Positions 1 to 13,700 of a stretch of 64,000 nt of DNA are shown here, piece by piece (position 1 is the stretch's first letter; every line of letters begins with the position of its first letter). A model generated the notes under the pieces. That model made no database searches and was not told where the DNA came from. It worked only from the letters and a program-made list of their open reading frames with translations. The position numbers and the translations under genes are program-made. The stretch is from contig CM082577.2 of the NCBI GenBank assembly GCA_040954595.2, forward strand, positions 12,247,654 through 12,311,653, written 5' to 3'. This DNA is from Balanoglossus misakiensis (taxonomy: Eukaryota > Animalia > Hemichordata).

Positions 1-42
1 ATCAATCATTTGTATTAAGAGATTTTCTTATCCTGTCTGCAG

Positions 43-96
43 GTAGAGGACAGCCAGGGGGTGATGAAGCAGAGGAGAGCTCTGAAGAAACTGAAG
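43..96 (+). CDS. Internal coding exon (54 nt, phase 1/1) of an NTR-domain gene; acidic linker GRGQPGGDEAEESSEETE
   Basis: Acceptor tcctgtctgcag at 31-42; donor G|gtacag at 97; open frame that joins in phase to exon 346-447. Confidence 0.6.
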
Positions 97-345
97 GTAC
101 AGGTGCAGCGCATATATTCCCAATATACAATAAATAATCTATTTCATCCTTCCCTCTGGTGATGTATCCAACATCATTCAGAAGTTCCTTGCGACTTTAT
201 GACATCATCCGGTAGATTTCATCTGAGCCTGTTGTCTAAAAGATTAAACGTATGCATAACCAGCACTTGTGTACATGTGTTTTTAACGCCTGCTGGCTTG
301 GGTGGAATATGGTTGTTAACTAGAGGAATTGCTTTGATTTTCCAG

Positions 346-447
346 AGAGCTCAGAAACCTTTGTTGATGGGGAAGAATGTTATCGATCATGTCATCCAGA
401 TACAATTGAGATTGCCTGTGAGCGTGCAAGACAGGGTCATAATTTTG
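346..447 (+). CDS. Coding exon (102 nt, phase 1/1), N-terminal part of an NTR/C345C domain (ESSETFVDGEECYRSCHPDTIEIACERARQGHNF)
   Basis: Acceptor gattttccag; donor G|gtaagt; CxxxC...C....F pattern typical of the start of a netrin-like module. Confidence 0.75.
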
Positions 448-955
448 GTAAGTTTCTAATTTTGGTTTTATTTTAATCATGTGTTTGATGGAGCTTAAAT
501 CATTCATGCCATATAAATAAACCGCTTACTCGCCAGTGTTAGCATTTGGTTTAAAGGATAGTTTGTATATTACTAGGTCTGTATATACACCTATATGTGA
601 AACATGATTATTGGAAATGTACGTCACTCGTCCATGTTTGTCCCCCGGCATCCATTTAATTGAAGTATTTCTCACTTTTTAGGATGAGTAGCCATACATG
701 TGTGGAGGTTACATGCTCGTCAAATCAACTACTAATTAACATGGCTTATATTCAAAGCATTTTTCCAAACATCACTCCCAAATAATTCTTGTGCAGCACA
801 AAAATCAATGTCAACAGTAATTGTATTCTAAGCAGATGTGCAAAATGTTTCCTCGAAATTCATGCAATCATATTATTTTTGTGTTATTTCTAATGTTTGG
901 AAATGGTAAAAAAAATTATATTAATACTCTTATTTCACATGCTCCTTTCCCGCAG

Positions 956-1266
956 TTCTCTTTGGTTATCTCTCTCATGTGTTAGAAACGGAGGCAAACA
1001 TAGATTACACCTTTGAAGTCCGGAGAAGCATTCCAATAGATGACAGACCCATTCAATTGATAGAAGTTGTGCGAGGACCAGCGAGCAGACAGAATGGATG
1101 TCAGTGTCCACAGATAGAGAACCGGGGGTCGGTCTATGTCATCTTTGGCACAATTGCAACAGATGGTACAAACTTGCTGCAGGTGGAAGGACATAACTAT
1201 GCAGCAGTGTTGAACAGCGAAGAAATTACACGCCTAACAACCGGGTGCCCAGCTCTGTTCGAATAG
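956..1266 (+). CDS. Terminal coding exon completing the NTR/C345C (netrin module/TIMP-like) domain; the gene starts upstream of the window
   Basis: Strong acceptor ctcctttcccgcag, in frame with ORF 979-1266; motif GCQCPQI....VYVIFG...LQV...NYA and a C-terminal Cys before TAG. Confidence 0.75.
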
Positions 1267-4200
1267 AATTAGGTGCTCGCAAATTTCCTGCTATTGCTCA
1301 GTCACAATATTACACAGAGATGATATACTATTCTGCCACCTGTACTATAAACAGTTTGGCGAATATCAAAAGTTTTTTTAAAAACTGATTTGTACAATTC
1401 AACGTTAAAATTTGCATGTCCGTCAGCCAGTGCAACAACACTCTTTAATCTGAAATGGATCATTCAGCCTCATGTATGGACGATTGCTTCGCAAGTTACT
1501 CACAATTGAAGAAACATAAAAATTCAACCAATTTTCCCCAAATACAATGTACCTGTTTACAATATACATATACATGTACTTAAAGAATAACTTGTATTTC
1601 AAAAAGTTACCTGTATATAACCTACAACACACAGCTCACTGTAATAAAGCAACATTTATTCCTATTAATACAATCTGTATTTTTAAGATCACAAATGTCA
1701 TAGCATGACTCTGATTTCTGACAGTAAAGATATGGTTCGTTTGTGAAAGACTGTACACCACTGATACAGATCTGCAAAGCAGGAGAATCTTGAAACATCG
1801 AAGAATTGGTTAGAAGAGTGCCAACTATAAGCATTACGTCATTTCTGGAAAGTTGTGATGATGCTAATAAGAAACCCTTTGCTATTGACTCCTTTGACAT
1901 TTGTTAGAGTGTGTTTAATTAAAGTACAAGAAAGTGTTTTTAGTATTTATAGATGTTAATTGGTACACATGTATTCTTTACTATCAATCACGTGATCTGG
2001 CCATGTGACCTACGGCGATGTCATTTCGAAGTGACGGGCAAGCAATATTTCGGCATTCAATAAAAGTTTTTCCGAGTATGTTTTTACTTTAGAACCGCCA
2101 GACACGTAACTTGTATTAGGTATAATGCCTAGGCTTTATATCGGTCTCATGGAGTTTCGTCTGCACAGTCTTTGTCTGGACCACGTTGTTGAAGTTGCCC
2201 GTCATCTGGATAATTGAATGCCAACGTAACTGCCGCATAGACAGTAAATAAGGTCATGTAGAATGCATGATTTTGATGTGATGCCCCGTATGTTAGCATA
2301 TCTTTGATAGCAGTTGCTTGCAACAGTTTCCTGACGTTGTTCTGTCTGGCGCGTTGAGGGACCTTCTGCCATCAATAACATGTTCTCAACAAAGGTGACA
2401 TGTTTAGCAAGTGTGCGCATTTTTCAGGCTGACGACTTTGACAGCGCATTCATCACTTCAAGAGACAAATCACCACAGCTGGTGAAAGCTGATTTGTCGA
2501 CATCAAACAGCTGCTAAAGTAGGCTTTAAAAAACACAATCGTTATCATACCACTGAGGCAGAATGTGGTTAAAGGCGTAAATTGATTTTTTTCTCGGATG
2601 ATCTTTCTGTGTAGGACTTTGATTATTAAAGCCCCAATAGCTGCCGATTTTTGAATTCTTTTCATGATTTTACGTTCGATCTTAGAATGGAGTCAATTAG
2701 TTCGTATACACAAACATATCATCAACCTCTGATTATGGCTGATAAATATGGAGAAGTTAAATAATAAACGGGCGCCATGCCCATTTTTCAACTGCCAATT
2801 TCCAGTGTATGCAGTTATCACGTAAGGCGCACATGAGTATTATAATCCCTGCAAAGTCTACCGAGAGACAAAACACTTTATTACATGGTATGGAGATAAG
2901 ATATTTTGCGTAGATATACTACATAGCAAATTCTTTCCCGGCCTGGAAACCGGTGACATTGGCATGCTCGATCAATTGTTCAATCGTCAAGTGAAGTCGA
3001 CTCTTAAAAATTGGCCAAGGGCGTGTGTCATGGTTTACGGTCAAATCTACGGTTGGTTGGCAAATTTGAATGTTCCCTCATGTCCGCGGTATGGCTGTAA
3101 TGAAAGATACTGAATAAGCTCTATTAGCTTGGATTTCACTGTGGCTACGGTGAATACATTCACACGAAGACAAAAATGACCTGGCCCAGTTTCAGCTCTT
3201 TTCTGTCATTCACCGTTTTGGTCTTTTCACAAAAGTTAGATTTCAACGCGCAGATATGCGAGTGAGTGGAATTGACCGGACCAAGTAACACAGCCATCGT
3301 CATTGTACGTGAAAATTTTGTGACTGAAAAAATGTTGCGCGCACATTTTCTAAAAATTTCCTGAGATGACTTCATTAAAGAAGGGACAATTTCTAAAGCG
3401 CGTGACAAGTCAGTGAATATATATAACACTTGTTTTGAATTCACGTGGAGATCGTTGATTTTTAAATAATTCAATTCAATTTGAGCAAATCTGCTTAAGA
3501 TTGCCAAGAGTAACCTAATTACATTATTATCAAAACTGTTAGTCTATGTTTTTTAACTGGTGAATCTGGTTTCTGATCAGTCAAATATTGATGGCAGACG
3601 ACAGCGAACAATGCATCTGTCTGCTAAGCTCCGCGTCGCTAAAAAATAAAACCGTATGATGGAATTGAATAAAACATTTATAGCAGCGCATTCTGAAATA
3701 TAAATATCATCTGGCATATTTGAAAACTGAATTTTGAATGCTCGTGTGAAAGATTACAAGAATAATTCATGCGTGACATTTCAAATGCGTCTTCTCTGCT
3801 TCCCGACATTCGAGCGCAATGCAACTAGACGCGATCACAAATTTCAGAAATTTGGCCTCAGACTGTAAAGGCCGATTGACTGCGCGCGCACGTTCTGTGC
3901 CAACAGATCCGAATATCATATCGTCTGTTCGTGCCTTTCTTTCATTTTGTACCGTTCTTCCGAAAGTCTGAACGGAAAATTAATAGAGCACGTATGCCCT
4001 CACTGGAAAGAAGCCGAAGCGTGTGCACTTGCCGTTCGGCAACATGCCACCCTCGGTGAAAAGTTTGCACAGCTCTGTTTATCTTGGCAGTATCGCCGGA
4101 CCCTAAATGATCCACTTGTCAAGTGGTGCCAAGTCATAATGAAGGCAACTATTTATCGCAAAAGTTATAAAAACAACGCCTGAACCGACTCTCCCTTTTG

Positions 4201-6149
4201 TATCGGATTACTTGACCCTTGACCTCTCTGCACGCAGTTGAGGACACACACAAACAGAGTAAATGACTGGCATTGAGCGTTTGCAGATTACTGTTTGGAA
4301 AGTTTTATGTTCCCGTCATCAAGTCATAACCGTTTTTTTCCCCGTCTGATTTATGGAGACCACTTCACTATTCACTCAACGGTATTTAGGGAAGCCCGGC
4401 AGACCAACAATAGGAAAGAGACGGTGCTGTCTACGGAATGTTATCATTAACCTGTGTCAAAATTGATATAAAATTCGATGTTTAAGATATTATTTCTAGG
4501 TTTATTATGAAAATTATTAGACATTTATACTGTACAAGAGGAGAAACCTGCAGTGTACACAATGAATGAATACTATTGTGACTTGATTGTGCACATCATT
4601 TGGTATTCCAGTTTGTTTAGGTGGATGAAGATGTCTGCAGATATAATTTCCATTCTCGATAATAATTATTACTATCTTAATGATATTTTATAATAGTTTA
4701 AATTTTTTTCGGGAATTCGACGTTTTAACATTTTTTTGCAATAACGCGAACGCATCAGGTGAGCGAAGTCAGAAGGAGATTTTATCCAGATTTTGAAGTG
4801 TTTTGAAAATTGGGCAACTGCGTTATATCATTTGACGATATTTTATAGCAGTACACAATGTACTAACTTTAGTACACAGTTTGAACTTTTCCAATGATCA
4901 TCATTTGTGGTAGTTTTCAACCCAGCGCTTTCATTCAAAATTGACATAGAGAATAAAACGGTGGGTGTAGCCGATCACGGCAATGTAAAACAACCATTTG
5001 TGGTAATTTGTGGAGTAAAATTACGGCTGTTAGTCTAGTATCTAGCCGTGTTTTGTCCGCAAAGTTTGAGAAAATACGGCTAGATAATAGACTATGAGGA
5101 AGTATTTTGATTTTCGAGGTGCCCAAACAATTGAAGGACTATCGTTTTTCCCCAGAAAATCTGTCTCCGAGGCGCGTACTAATTTAACCAAAGAAAAAAC
5201 CAGAAAGTCATTCCAGTTCAATCCCTTTCATAATATTTTGCTTTCGGCAAGTATTTCTTAAAATAGCACTATAGACGTTTATTATTTTTCCTTGGGTGTC
5301 ACGGTTGTCCGTCGGTGGACCGTTTCGGTCTTTGTCGGTTGCCACGTCTAATTTCGCCGCTTTTGATTGGCTGGATGCAATTTATCAACGAGACATGCGC
5401 ACTTAACCGTAAAATGCAGTGCGTAAAATAATACCCGAAATGGCTTCTCAACCGGGGCCAATATTTTCTTAGAGCAGTGACCGTGCACCCCTCTGAACAC
5501 ACACCAAACAAAGTGTCGATACACAATCATGCACGGTGAGATCTAAAACTCTTCGATGATATGATGTCCTGCATGCGTGTATGCATGAATGCAGCTTCGT
5601 CGGATAAGTTGTCAATCTAAACAGTTTCTGAACCCAACTCTTTTTTTACAAGCTAGGCCATTTGTAATATACACGCGTAAGCAAGACGTTGTCGCAGCCA
5701 GCGAAGTGATCACGTCCATGCATCCGATAAAAGTACAAAACTTTATAGCTTCACACATATGTTAGGGCCAGAGTTTATCATCATTCTTGCAAACAGTTTC
5801 TGTTATTTTACGGGTGCTTTCAACGACAAACACCTTAATGCTGTGCGGATAAACGACCGCCATGTGTGCAACTGCAACTGGCCTGCGAAAACTCGGTCAG
5901 CTCAACGGTATACACTGAGATGCAGCGACGTGCACAAGTTGTACATTCTGCTCATTTGGTTTAAAGAATTGGCAGATTTCAATTCGTTTAACGTGCAAAT
6001 AAGGTCTGGGTAAACACGCTGCGTCAAATTATGACACGCGGCCATGCGTACATTGGACAATTTATCCAATTATGGCAACGTTTTTATTTAAAGTTAAGTT
6101 TTTTTTCAATGTTTTCGGCAGAATTATATAGTGTGCTGTGGCTTGCAAG

Positions 6150-6399
6150 ATGTATGTATGTATGTATGTATGTATGTATGTATGTATGTATGTATGTATG
6201 TATGTATGTATGTATGTATGTATGTATGTATGTATGTATGTATGTATGTATGTATGTATGTATGTATGTATGTATGTATGTATGTATGTATGTATGTATG
6301 TATGTATGTATGTATGTATGTATGTATGTATGTATGTATGTATGTATGTATGTATGTATGTATGTATGTATGTATGTATGAATGTATGTATGTATGTAT
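6150..6399. repeat. (TATG)n tetranucleotide microsatellite, ~250 bp, almost perfect
   Basis: Read directly; one G-A-A-T interruption near 6381. It generates the spurious MYVC/HTYI ORFs. Confidence 0.99.
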
Positions 6400-7303
6400 A
6401 CGTAGTTCATTGTAATTTATATTAGAAGAGTACTTTCGCTTGACATTATTGTGGTTATTTGGTGGGGGGGTTGTCGTAGCCTGATGTTCTGCTCAAAGTC
6501 GATAGTTATTAGAGGTGCTCTCTCACAATACAGAATAAAATTATAATTGGATGCAAACCAAAATTAATGCCAAGGAGATGTTTCAGGATGCGCATACAGA
6601 CAGGCAAACGGACACAGCGCAGGTGATTGACAATTTAGAATCTCTTAGTAAACAAATCTCTCACGTGGATCCGAACGAAAATAAAGTGAAAAGAGAGCGG
6701 CCTTGTCCCAATAGAAGATCAGTCCATGAATATAATTCACATAGTATATAGAGAAGTTCATTTTATGCCCCAACGGACTTGAGTAACGGTTTTAAGCATA
6801 AGTAAGCCGGGGTCGACGATAATCGAAGTTTAAATCCGGAATTAATAGCGGCGGAAATGTTTAGAATGAGGCCTTCGCACGGTTTTAATCTACTGAAAGT
6901 ATCTTTCGGGTTTTGGACATAATGGGGTCTCAGATGATTATGAGTGTCCCTCGAGTGAGAGACAATAGTGAACAATGTCTCAAGTATTTCAGAGCTGCAG
7001 ATTACGCCGAATACGTTTTTGAAGCGGTCTCCTCTTCCCACACCCCCAGAGGTCGGATTATTACGCTTGAAAATTGGGCCTTGTGCGCTACGTCCAGTTT
7101 GTGTCCATCAAGTCTGTGTGATTTCACCTTGAAATAAAAGAGAAGGCGTTCGTCTTTGGTAACTTGGGTTTGGTTTATTTTAGTTTTACAACATTTCGTT
7201 CTGTAGAGTATTTTACAGAGGTTTGATTCGTACTTTTTTGTGCGAGTAAGTTGAGTAATATACTATCGCCACGTACGGTTCGGTTTGATTAACTCACAAA
7301 GTA

Positions 7304-7655
7304 TTAAAATTAGCTGTATTTTTGGCTTTATTTCTTGTATTTTTGTTCTGTGTATCAAATGCAATTTCTCTCTCTACTAAACAAGCAGCATGCTAGTGTG
7401 TGTACACAGTATTCTACTTGTATGTTTTGTAACGGCCACTGTTATTGTTGACAAATGAATTCTAGTCCGAACTTGAATTTAAATTTTGCGCAATAACAAT
7501 GCATGCTGACTATACACAAATACGTTGGGCTGATAAGCAAAATTCTGGGCATTTCATAATAAGGTTTCAGGAATTTGAACGAGAAAATACAGTAGATACA
7601 CGCAACAAATATACTGAAACCATAGCGAAAGTTACAGCGAATGGAGCCTAGAAAG
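7304..7655. mobile_element. Degraded copy of the non-autonomous TTAA-flanked element at 17817-18168
   Basis: Shared blocks tttggctttattt, gttattgttgacaaat, ctagtccg, ttcagg.atttgaac, aatactgaaa...tagcgaaa.gttaca in the same order. Confidence 0.6.
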
Positions 7656-8430
7656 TTTTATCTGTGGAAGCGAGGAAGAAATACAAAGTGACTCTCTACT
7701 TACAGACAGTGGTATCAGACCAATCATGATTTTGTTTTCATGGAAATAAATATTTTTCTAAGAGAAGGGTATAGTCAAGACGGGTTCGGCCAAGGTTTGT
7801 ATTCCAGTATTCCAGAGGGACTCGTTTGGTCACTGTCCATCATCGGTGTTCAACTGTGGGTGCAACATCCAAACCTTTGCAGCGGCACAGACAGTGTAGT
7901 GACCTGCAGTGTACGTTGTATTTGCATATAGCAGTGTTATTGCACCTGTTGTATATCACCTATATTTAAAGGTTCATTTGAATAGAGCTGGTCGGTCAGT
8001 ATTCAGCCATCTTGGTGTCACCGTCTCTGTGCATGTGCTCTATCTCTCTGCCCACTATCCTGAACACTACATTTGGCGACGAGGATACTTCACCCAGCAG
8101 CACAGCCGATATACCGAGCAAAAGTAAGACTCCATTGAGTTGTCATTGAAATTTACTCAGAATGGCAGGAGAAGCTGGTTTCATTTTCTCGCAATTGGAT
8201 ATCCACACTGACTCTGCCAAGTTGGCACCTCGATGGAAGCGGTGGTTGGCCCGGTTTGAGAACAGCTGTACTGCGTAGAAAATTACAGACCCGTATCAAA
8301 AGCGAGCGTTTACTTCTGGACAAGGAAGGGTGGTGAAGATTTATTTGACATTTCAGAGACTCTTGTTATGCCTATACTCACTATCCTGAACACTACAGGC
8401 AGCACGGTGTGTGGGGAGGTGGGAGTGACG

Positions 8431-8596
8431 TAGTCTAGAATCCAGGCTCGTGTGTGGAGCATGGCGAAAAAACAACAACACAAGTCTGGATTGTAGACCA
8501 ATCTGATTAAAATCAGATGTAGGGAACGGCGACAGCATAAAAAAAACACGTCGCCGTTCCCTACATCTGATTTTAATCAGATTGGATTGTAGACTA
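8431..8596. mobile_element. Short palindromic MITE with TAG...CTA termini and a degenerate 9-bp TSD
   Basis: Ends TAGTCTAGAATCCA / TGGATTGTAGACTA; internal perfect 36-bp inverted repeat 8498-8533 / 8550-8585; flanks ggagtgacg / gaagtggcg (7/9 match). Confidence 0.75.
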
Positions 8597-8771
8597 GAAG
8601 TGGCGATGCATACAGCAATTTCAGAGCGACAACCTCGGAAGAATGGAAGCTGTAGCTCGGAATAACAGCTGATTTTCGTCTTAGGTTTAATTACTGAACG
8701 CCACGTCACGCGCCCCGTCTACAAAAGAGTGCACCGATCAATTTACACGTGAAGTTAACATCAGAATTTTA

Positions 8772-10705
8772 TTAGGGTTTCGAGACCCTCTGGTCTCGAA
8801 ACCCTCTTGAAATCGTGTTGTTTTTTATTATTATTATTATTCTTCTTCCCACTCTTAAAAACAGCCGCTATTCGAAGACCGTTGCACCCAATGACTTGAA
8901 ATTTGGCTCATAGGTAAAACTCAAAGCAAGTAATTTTCTGATCATGTAACTATGGCAACAGGTCACATGACCTGGCAGCCATCTTGGATTGAAAGTTTAA
9001 AATTGATCTCATTTGCATAAAAAATGACGAATCAAAATTCTTTGAACAAACTTTGTGGACCATATGGCCAGGGTCCTATATGCAAAATTTCAATGTTCAA
9101 GTCTTTGCCGATTTTGAGGAGATGATTTTTAAAGCATTATTTTTCATATTTTTCAAGACCATTGGACCCAGCCTTAGGCCTATACTTTCCATAGTTAAGC
9201 TATGGCCACCTAGGATCTTAGATTTATGCCCAATATCTCAACATCCGCTGGGCTGATCAGCTTCAAATTTATTGTGCAGCTAGCCTACCTTCCAACAATC
9301 AGTTCCAACTGGAAAAAATAATATGAAAAATCGACCGATTTTTTTATATTAATTTTTTTATGAAATCTATACCTATACGTATTCCACTATAGTTAAGCTA
9401 TGGCCAAGTCGTTTTGTAGAATTCTGGTTGGTGCAATAGTCCTATCGGCCAGTGTGCAGCATAGGACCACAAAAAGAAGCCAAATTAATTCAAGGGTCAC
9501 CTGTGACACCTGCCTAACTCATTAATTATGTGCATACCTAATTCGAGGCAAACCAATAGGGCTACAGGTCTGATTTTTGTTAGACATGGACCAGTATGGG
9601 GTCAAATTATCCCCCAAAATTTGGGGTGACCTTGAGTGACCTTTGACCTTCTTCCGCATATCTCGGCATCCAGAGCAGGTACAGCTTAGGTGTTTGGGTG
9701 GATGGTACCAAATTAAGAAGCCAAATTCAAGGGTCACCTGTGACACCTGCCTAACTCATTAATTATGTGCATACCTCATTCCAGGCGAACCAAGGGGGCT
9801 TCAGGTCTGGTGTTTGTTGGATATGTACCACTATGGGGTCAAATTTTCCCCCCAAATTTGGGGTGACCTCGGGTGACCTTTGACCTACTTCCTCATATCT
9901 CGGCATCCACAGCAGGTACAGCTTAGGTGTTTGGGAGGATGGTACCAAAATAAGAAGCCACAATTTAGGGTCACCTGTGACACCTGCATAACTCATTAAT
10001 TATGTGCAAACCTAATTCCAGCCAAACTAACAGGGCTACAGGTCTTGTGTTTGTTGGATATGTACCACTAGGGGATCAAATTGTTTTGCCCAAATTTTGG
10101 GGTGACCTTGGGTGACCTTTGACCTACTTCCACATATCTCAGCATCTAGAGCAGGTACAGCTTAGGTGTTTGGGTGGATGGAACCAAAATAAGAAGCCAA
10201 AATTTAGGGTCACCTGTGACACCTGCCTTACTCATTAATTATGTGCATACCTAATTCCAGGCGAACTAACAGGACTACAGGTCTGGTGTTTGTTGGACAT
10301 GGACCAGTATGGGGTCAAATTTTCCCCCAAAATTTCGGGTGACCTTGGGTGACCTTTGACCTACTTCCGCATATCTCGGCATCCACAGCAGGTACAGCTT
10401 AGGTGTTTGGGAGGATGGTACCAAAATAAGTAGCCAAAATTTAGGACCACCTGTGACACCTGCCTAACTATGTGCATAACTAAGTACACACGAACCAATA
10501 GGGCTAGATGTGTGGTTTTTATTGGACATGGACCAATATAGTGTCAAAATTTTCTGCTCATATTTAGGGTGACCTCACATGACGTTTGGCCAACTTTCCC
10601 ACATCCTCCACCCTGACTAATTAAATATGCACATATCTATCTCCAGGCGAACCAATAGGGCTAGCAGTGTCTCGAAACCCGCTTATTGCTGTTCACAGCT
10701 ATATT
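8772..10705 (+). mobile_element. Complete non-autonomous Helentron-associated element (HINE/DINE-1-like)
   Basis: 5' hairpin AGGGTTTCGAGACC-ctct-GGTCTCGAAACCCT; (TTA)n/(TTC)n microsatellite; ~5 internal ~238-bp tandem repeats (9494-10680); 3' subTIR GTCTCGAAACCC (10669-10680); terminal stem-loop GCTGT-tc-ACAGC; T-rich flanks with no TSD. Confidence 0.85.
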
Positions 10706-13700
10706 TTAATTCAAAATTGTGAATCAATTCTTCACGAGAACATCTGCCACATATATAGTCCTACATTGTATCCGTTCCAAATTCACCTTAAAAGACAAGT
10801 GTTATGAATAATAGGCGACTACAATTTTTTCTAGCAAGGTTTAACATTGTTTCCTGTATTTGGTGATCCCGTCGGAAACTTTCCCTTCAACCCCCTACAT
10901 TTTCGGTTCCTGTGAAAAATTTAACAGTTCCTGCATCCCAGATATCAGTGTAAACTAGATTGGAAACAGCGTGCGGATAATGGATGTAAGACTGCCGCTA
11001 TGTAGGAAACAGGAAATTAAACCTTGAGATGTGCTTTCTCTCTTCCCTGTGAACAAATCCCGCGCCCAGAAATCCGAACAGAAACCAGAAATCAAAGAGA
11101 TAAGAGATAAGACAGAGAGGTTATAAAGTTGGTCTTTTTTTCAAAAATTATGTGTTATATCTAGAGCTTGTAAACTACTTCCCAACTCAGTGTCGTTCGC
11201 TGTCCATTGATTGGCCAGGTTCGTTCATCCGCATTTTCGTGGAAAAGGATTTAATCAACAAATTGTCAGACTTTTCGGTTGCTTTGAAGGATTATACCTG
11301 TCAACAAAATGGGCTGGGGAGACTTTTTGCTGCATTAATAACAGAATGAACTGAGCGATGTGATTCTCGTCTTCACGAGAAGCATTTTGTGATACAAAAG
11401 CGTTGTGCGTTGTTTCCATGTTAAAGGTATACGGTCACCTATGCAAATTTAGCTACAGTTACCATGGTAAACTTAAGATGTAGCCAATTACGGTTTTTCA
11501 GTGGGTGGCACACACGGAAAAAAAGAGCGCCACCATATGGTCTTTAGAATTATCAAATACGCAATTTCAGCTATGTACGGGCGTACACGCGTACTGTATA
11601 ACTTTAACTATTCCTTCAGTCCATTCATATTAGTTAAATTCATTCACAGTTAAACACATTCTCTTTATATCCAATGCACTTTTCTACGTCTGTAGCCTAA
11701 ACTCCAACCCTCGGGGTTGCCATGTCATGGTGTAGCCCTGCGTACAGGTACGCACATGCAGGGCTAGTCGTGATGGTACCTTCTACCATACAGTGCCATT
11801 ACGAGAACACCCCTGCAGATGTCGATAGACTACTAGTAACAAGAACCCTGTCAAGTTCCACGCGGGAAAACATCAGCAGGCGTGTACCCCACCCTCAATT
11901 TATCACATATCTGCCATCGATTTAGCGAGCGAGCATGTAAACTGCCCTCTGATGTCTACCCAGACGGTCTCGCAACACGACTCAGAACGGCTGTAAACTT
12001 CCAAGATAATTAACCCATTTGTCATAATTGTCAACTACAGCTGCAAAATGGTCCAATTTGCCATCGACTAGACACTAGTGATCGGGTGTTTTTTTTGCAG
12101 CGGATTCTTGAGATAATATTTGATTTCCGCTTATCAGAATCGAGAGAAGACTGGAAAAATGTCACTTAATATGTATTCTAATGATCGAAGCGTGGAATCG
12201 CGCCCGTCTTGATTATTATTATATATTTGAATCACGGCAGACGCTCCTAAATTATATCCCTTTTTTCATTAGTCTACTAATTAAAGGCTTTCACTTGGAG
12301 ACACTCAGTCTACGGTTTCGTCTTTCAGGGCCTTATATTTTATTGCCATATTTCCAGTTTTTATCATTCGGTGCAGCAATCAAAGGGAGTAAATCACTTA
12401 GTAAAATGGAATGTCTTCGGTGGGTGCGTGTTTACAGCGATGTGTATGAATGGCCTTGTTAAATAGCCTATATTATCTACTCGCCTTACCTGCCCGATAT
12501 ATATATCAGTGTATATCTAACATCAGTTTTGATAAATTTGCAATGATGTATTCGACAGCAATAAACACCCCATCACGCACGAGCGAAGTCTTCATTTCAA
12601 ATACGATCATCTCCGCGTCAAATCAGAAGACGCGACCCGTTTTTTTACGATCTCATTGCGACTTTCCAACGCGCGCGGCGGCGCCAGATTTATCACTGTG
12701 CGTGCAGGCTCTGCAGGACGAATGCAAAAGGGTTAAATTCGAATGCTCCCAGCTGAGATAAACCAAAAGTCAATCATTTTTTTCTAGAATACAATGGCCA
12801 AATGATCAGTAACTTGCGTATTTTAAGCTTGTCTGGTCTTATCTGTATTTAAAAACATCGAAGTCGATAAATGCAAAATTTGTCAAGAATATATTTTTTA
12901 TTTGATGTAATTATTTTTTTTAAATTTGACAAATTATATTCATCACACGCAGGATGTGATAGTACAAAAGACACCAATTAATTAGTAATTACAATAATTT
13001 CTCGTGAAATTAATATTTTCTGCTGTTGATTTTTTTTAATCAGAGAGACTCTTTATATAGTGACAATACTAGTAGTTTCAACATCACAGGCGGCGGATAG
13101 TTTGCACAATAGGTTATATATCTGGCGGCAATATGCAGCTCGTCCTAACCTCGACCCCGTGACTAATGCTTCTTGGGTTTGTTTTCGTTTTTTGTCAAAA
13201 AGTAATTTTACAATCATGTGTGTCCCTTTGTTCTGTCGATTCGCAATATGAGCAAGAGAAAAGAAAATTCAGGACTGGGTCTGTATATTGTGCCATGCCG
13301 AACATTCATCGTCTGATTGTCGTTCAATGGATCTTTTTTGCTCGGCGGAGCCAAAAAGTCTACAGACTGAATGTGCTGGCATACATCATTGTTGACGGCC
13401 GTGATTGTGAGGCAGGCAACTGGAAGAAACCAATCGACGTCTCGTTTTTCCCGAACAAGATATAATAAACTAACTCCGAAATTAAAAAAACAAAAGCGCT
13501 TGTTGGTCGGTCCTGCGCGCCGAATGAATTTCAAGATGAAGCAAGATTTTTTTTTGAAATGTGATAGCGTGACTCACGCGGCTGTATAGCTCTGTGTGGC
13601 ATTACCTGTTATTGAAAAGCAGACACGTGGAATCCAGTGGCTGCGTTTCTATTGCCATGTCTCGACGATTTGTCACGGCGAAAGTTTGCGGGTCTTTTTG

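Noticed and set aside
6031-6425. ORFs encoding MYVC/HTYI repeats
   Set aside because: Translations of the (TATG)n microsatellite.
11421-11450. Kolobok-like left end TTAA-AGGTATACGGTCACC (similar end near 2626)
   Set aside because: No matching right TIR was found, so boundaries cannot be supported.
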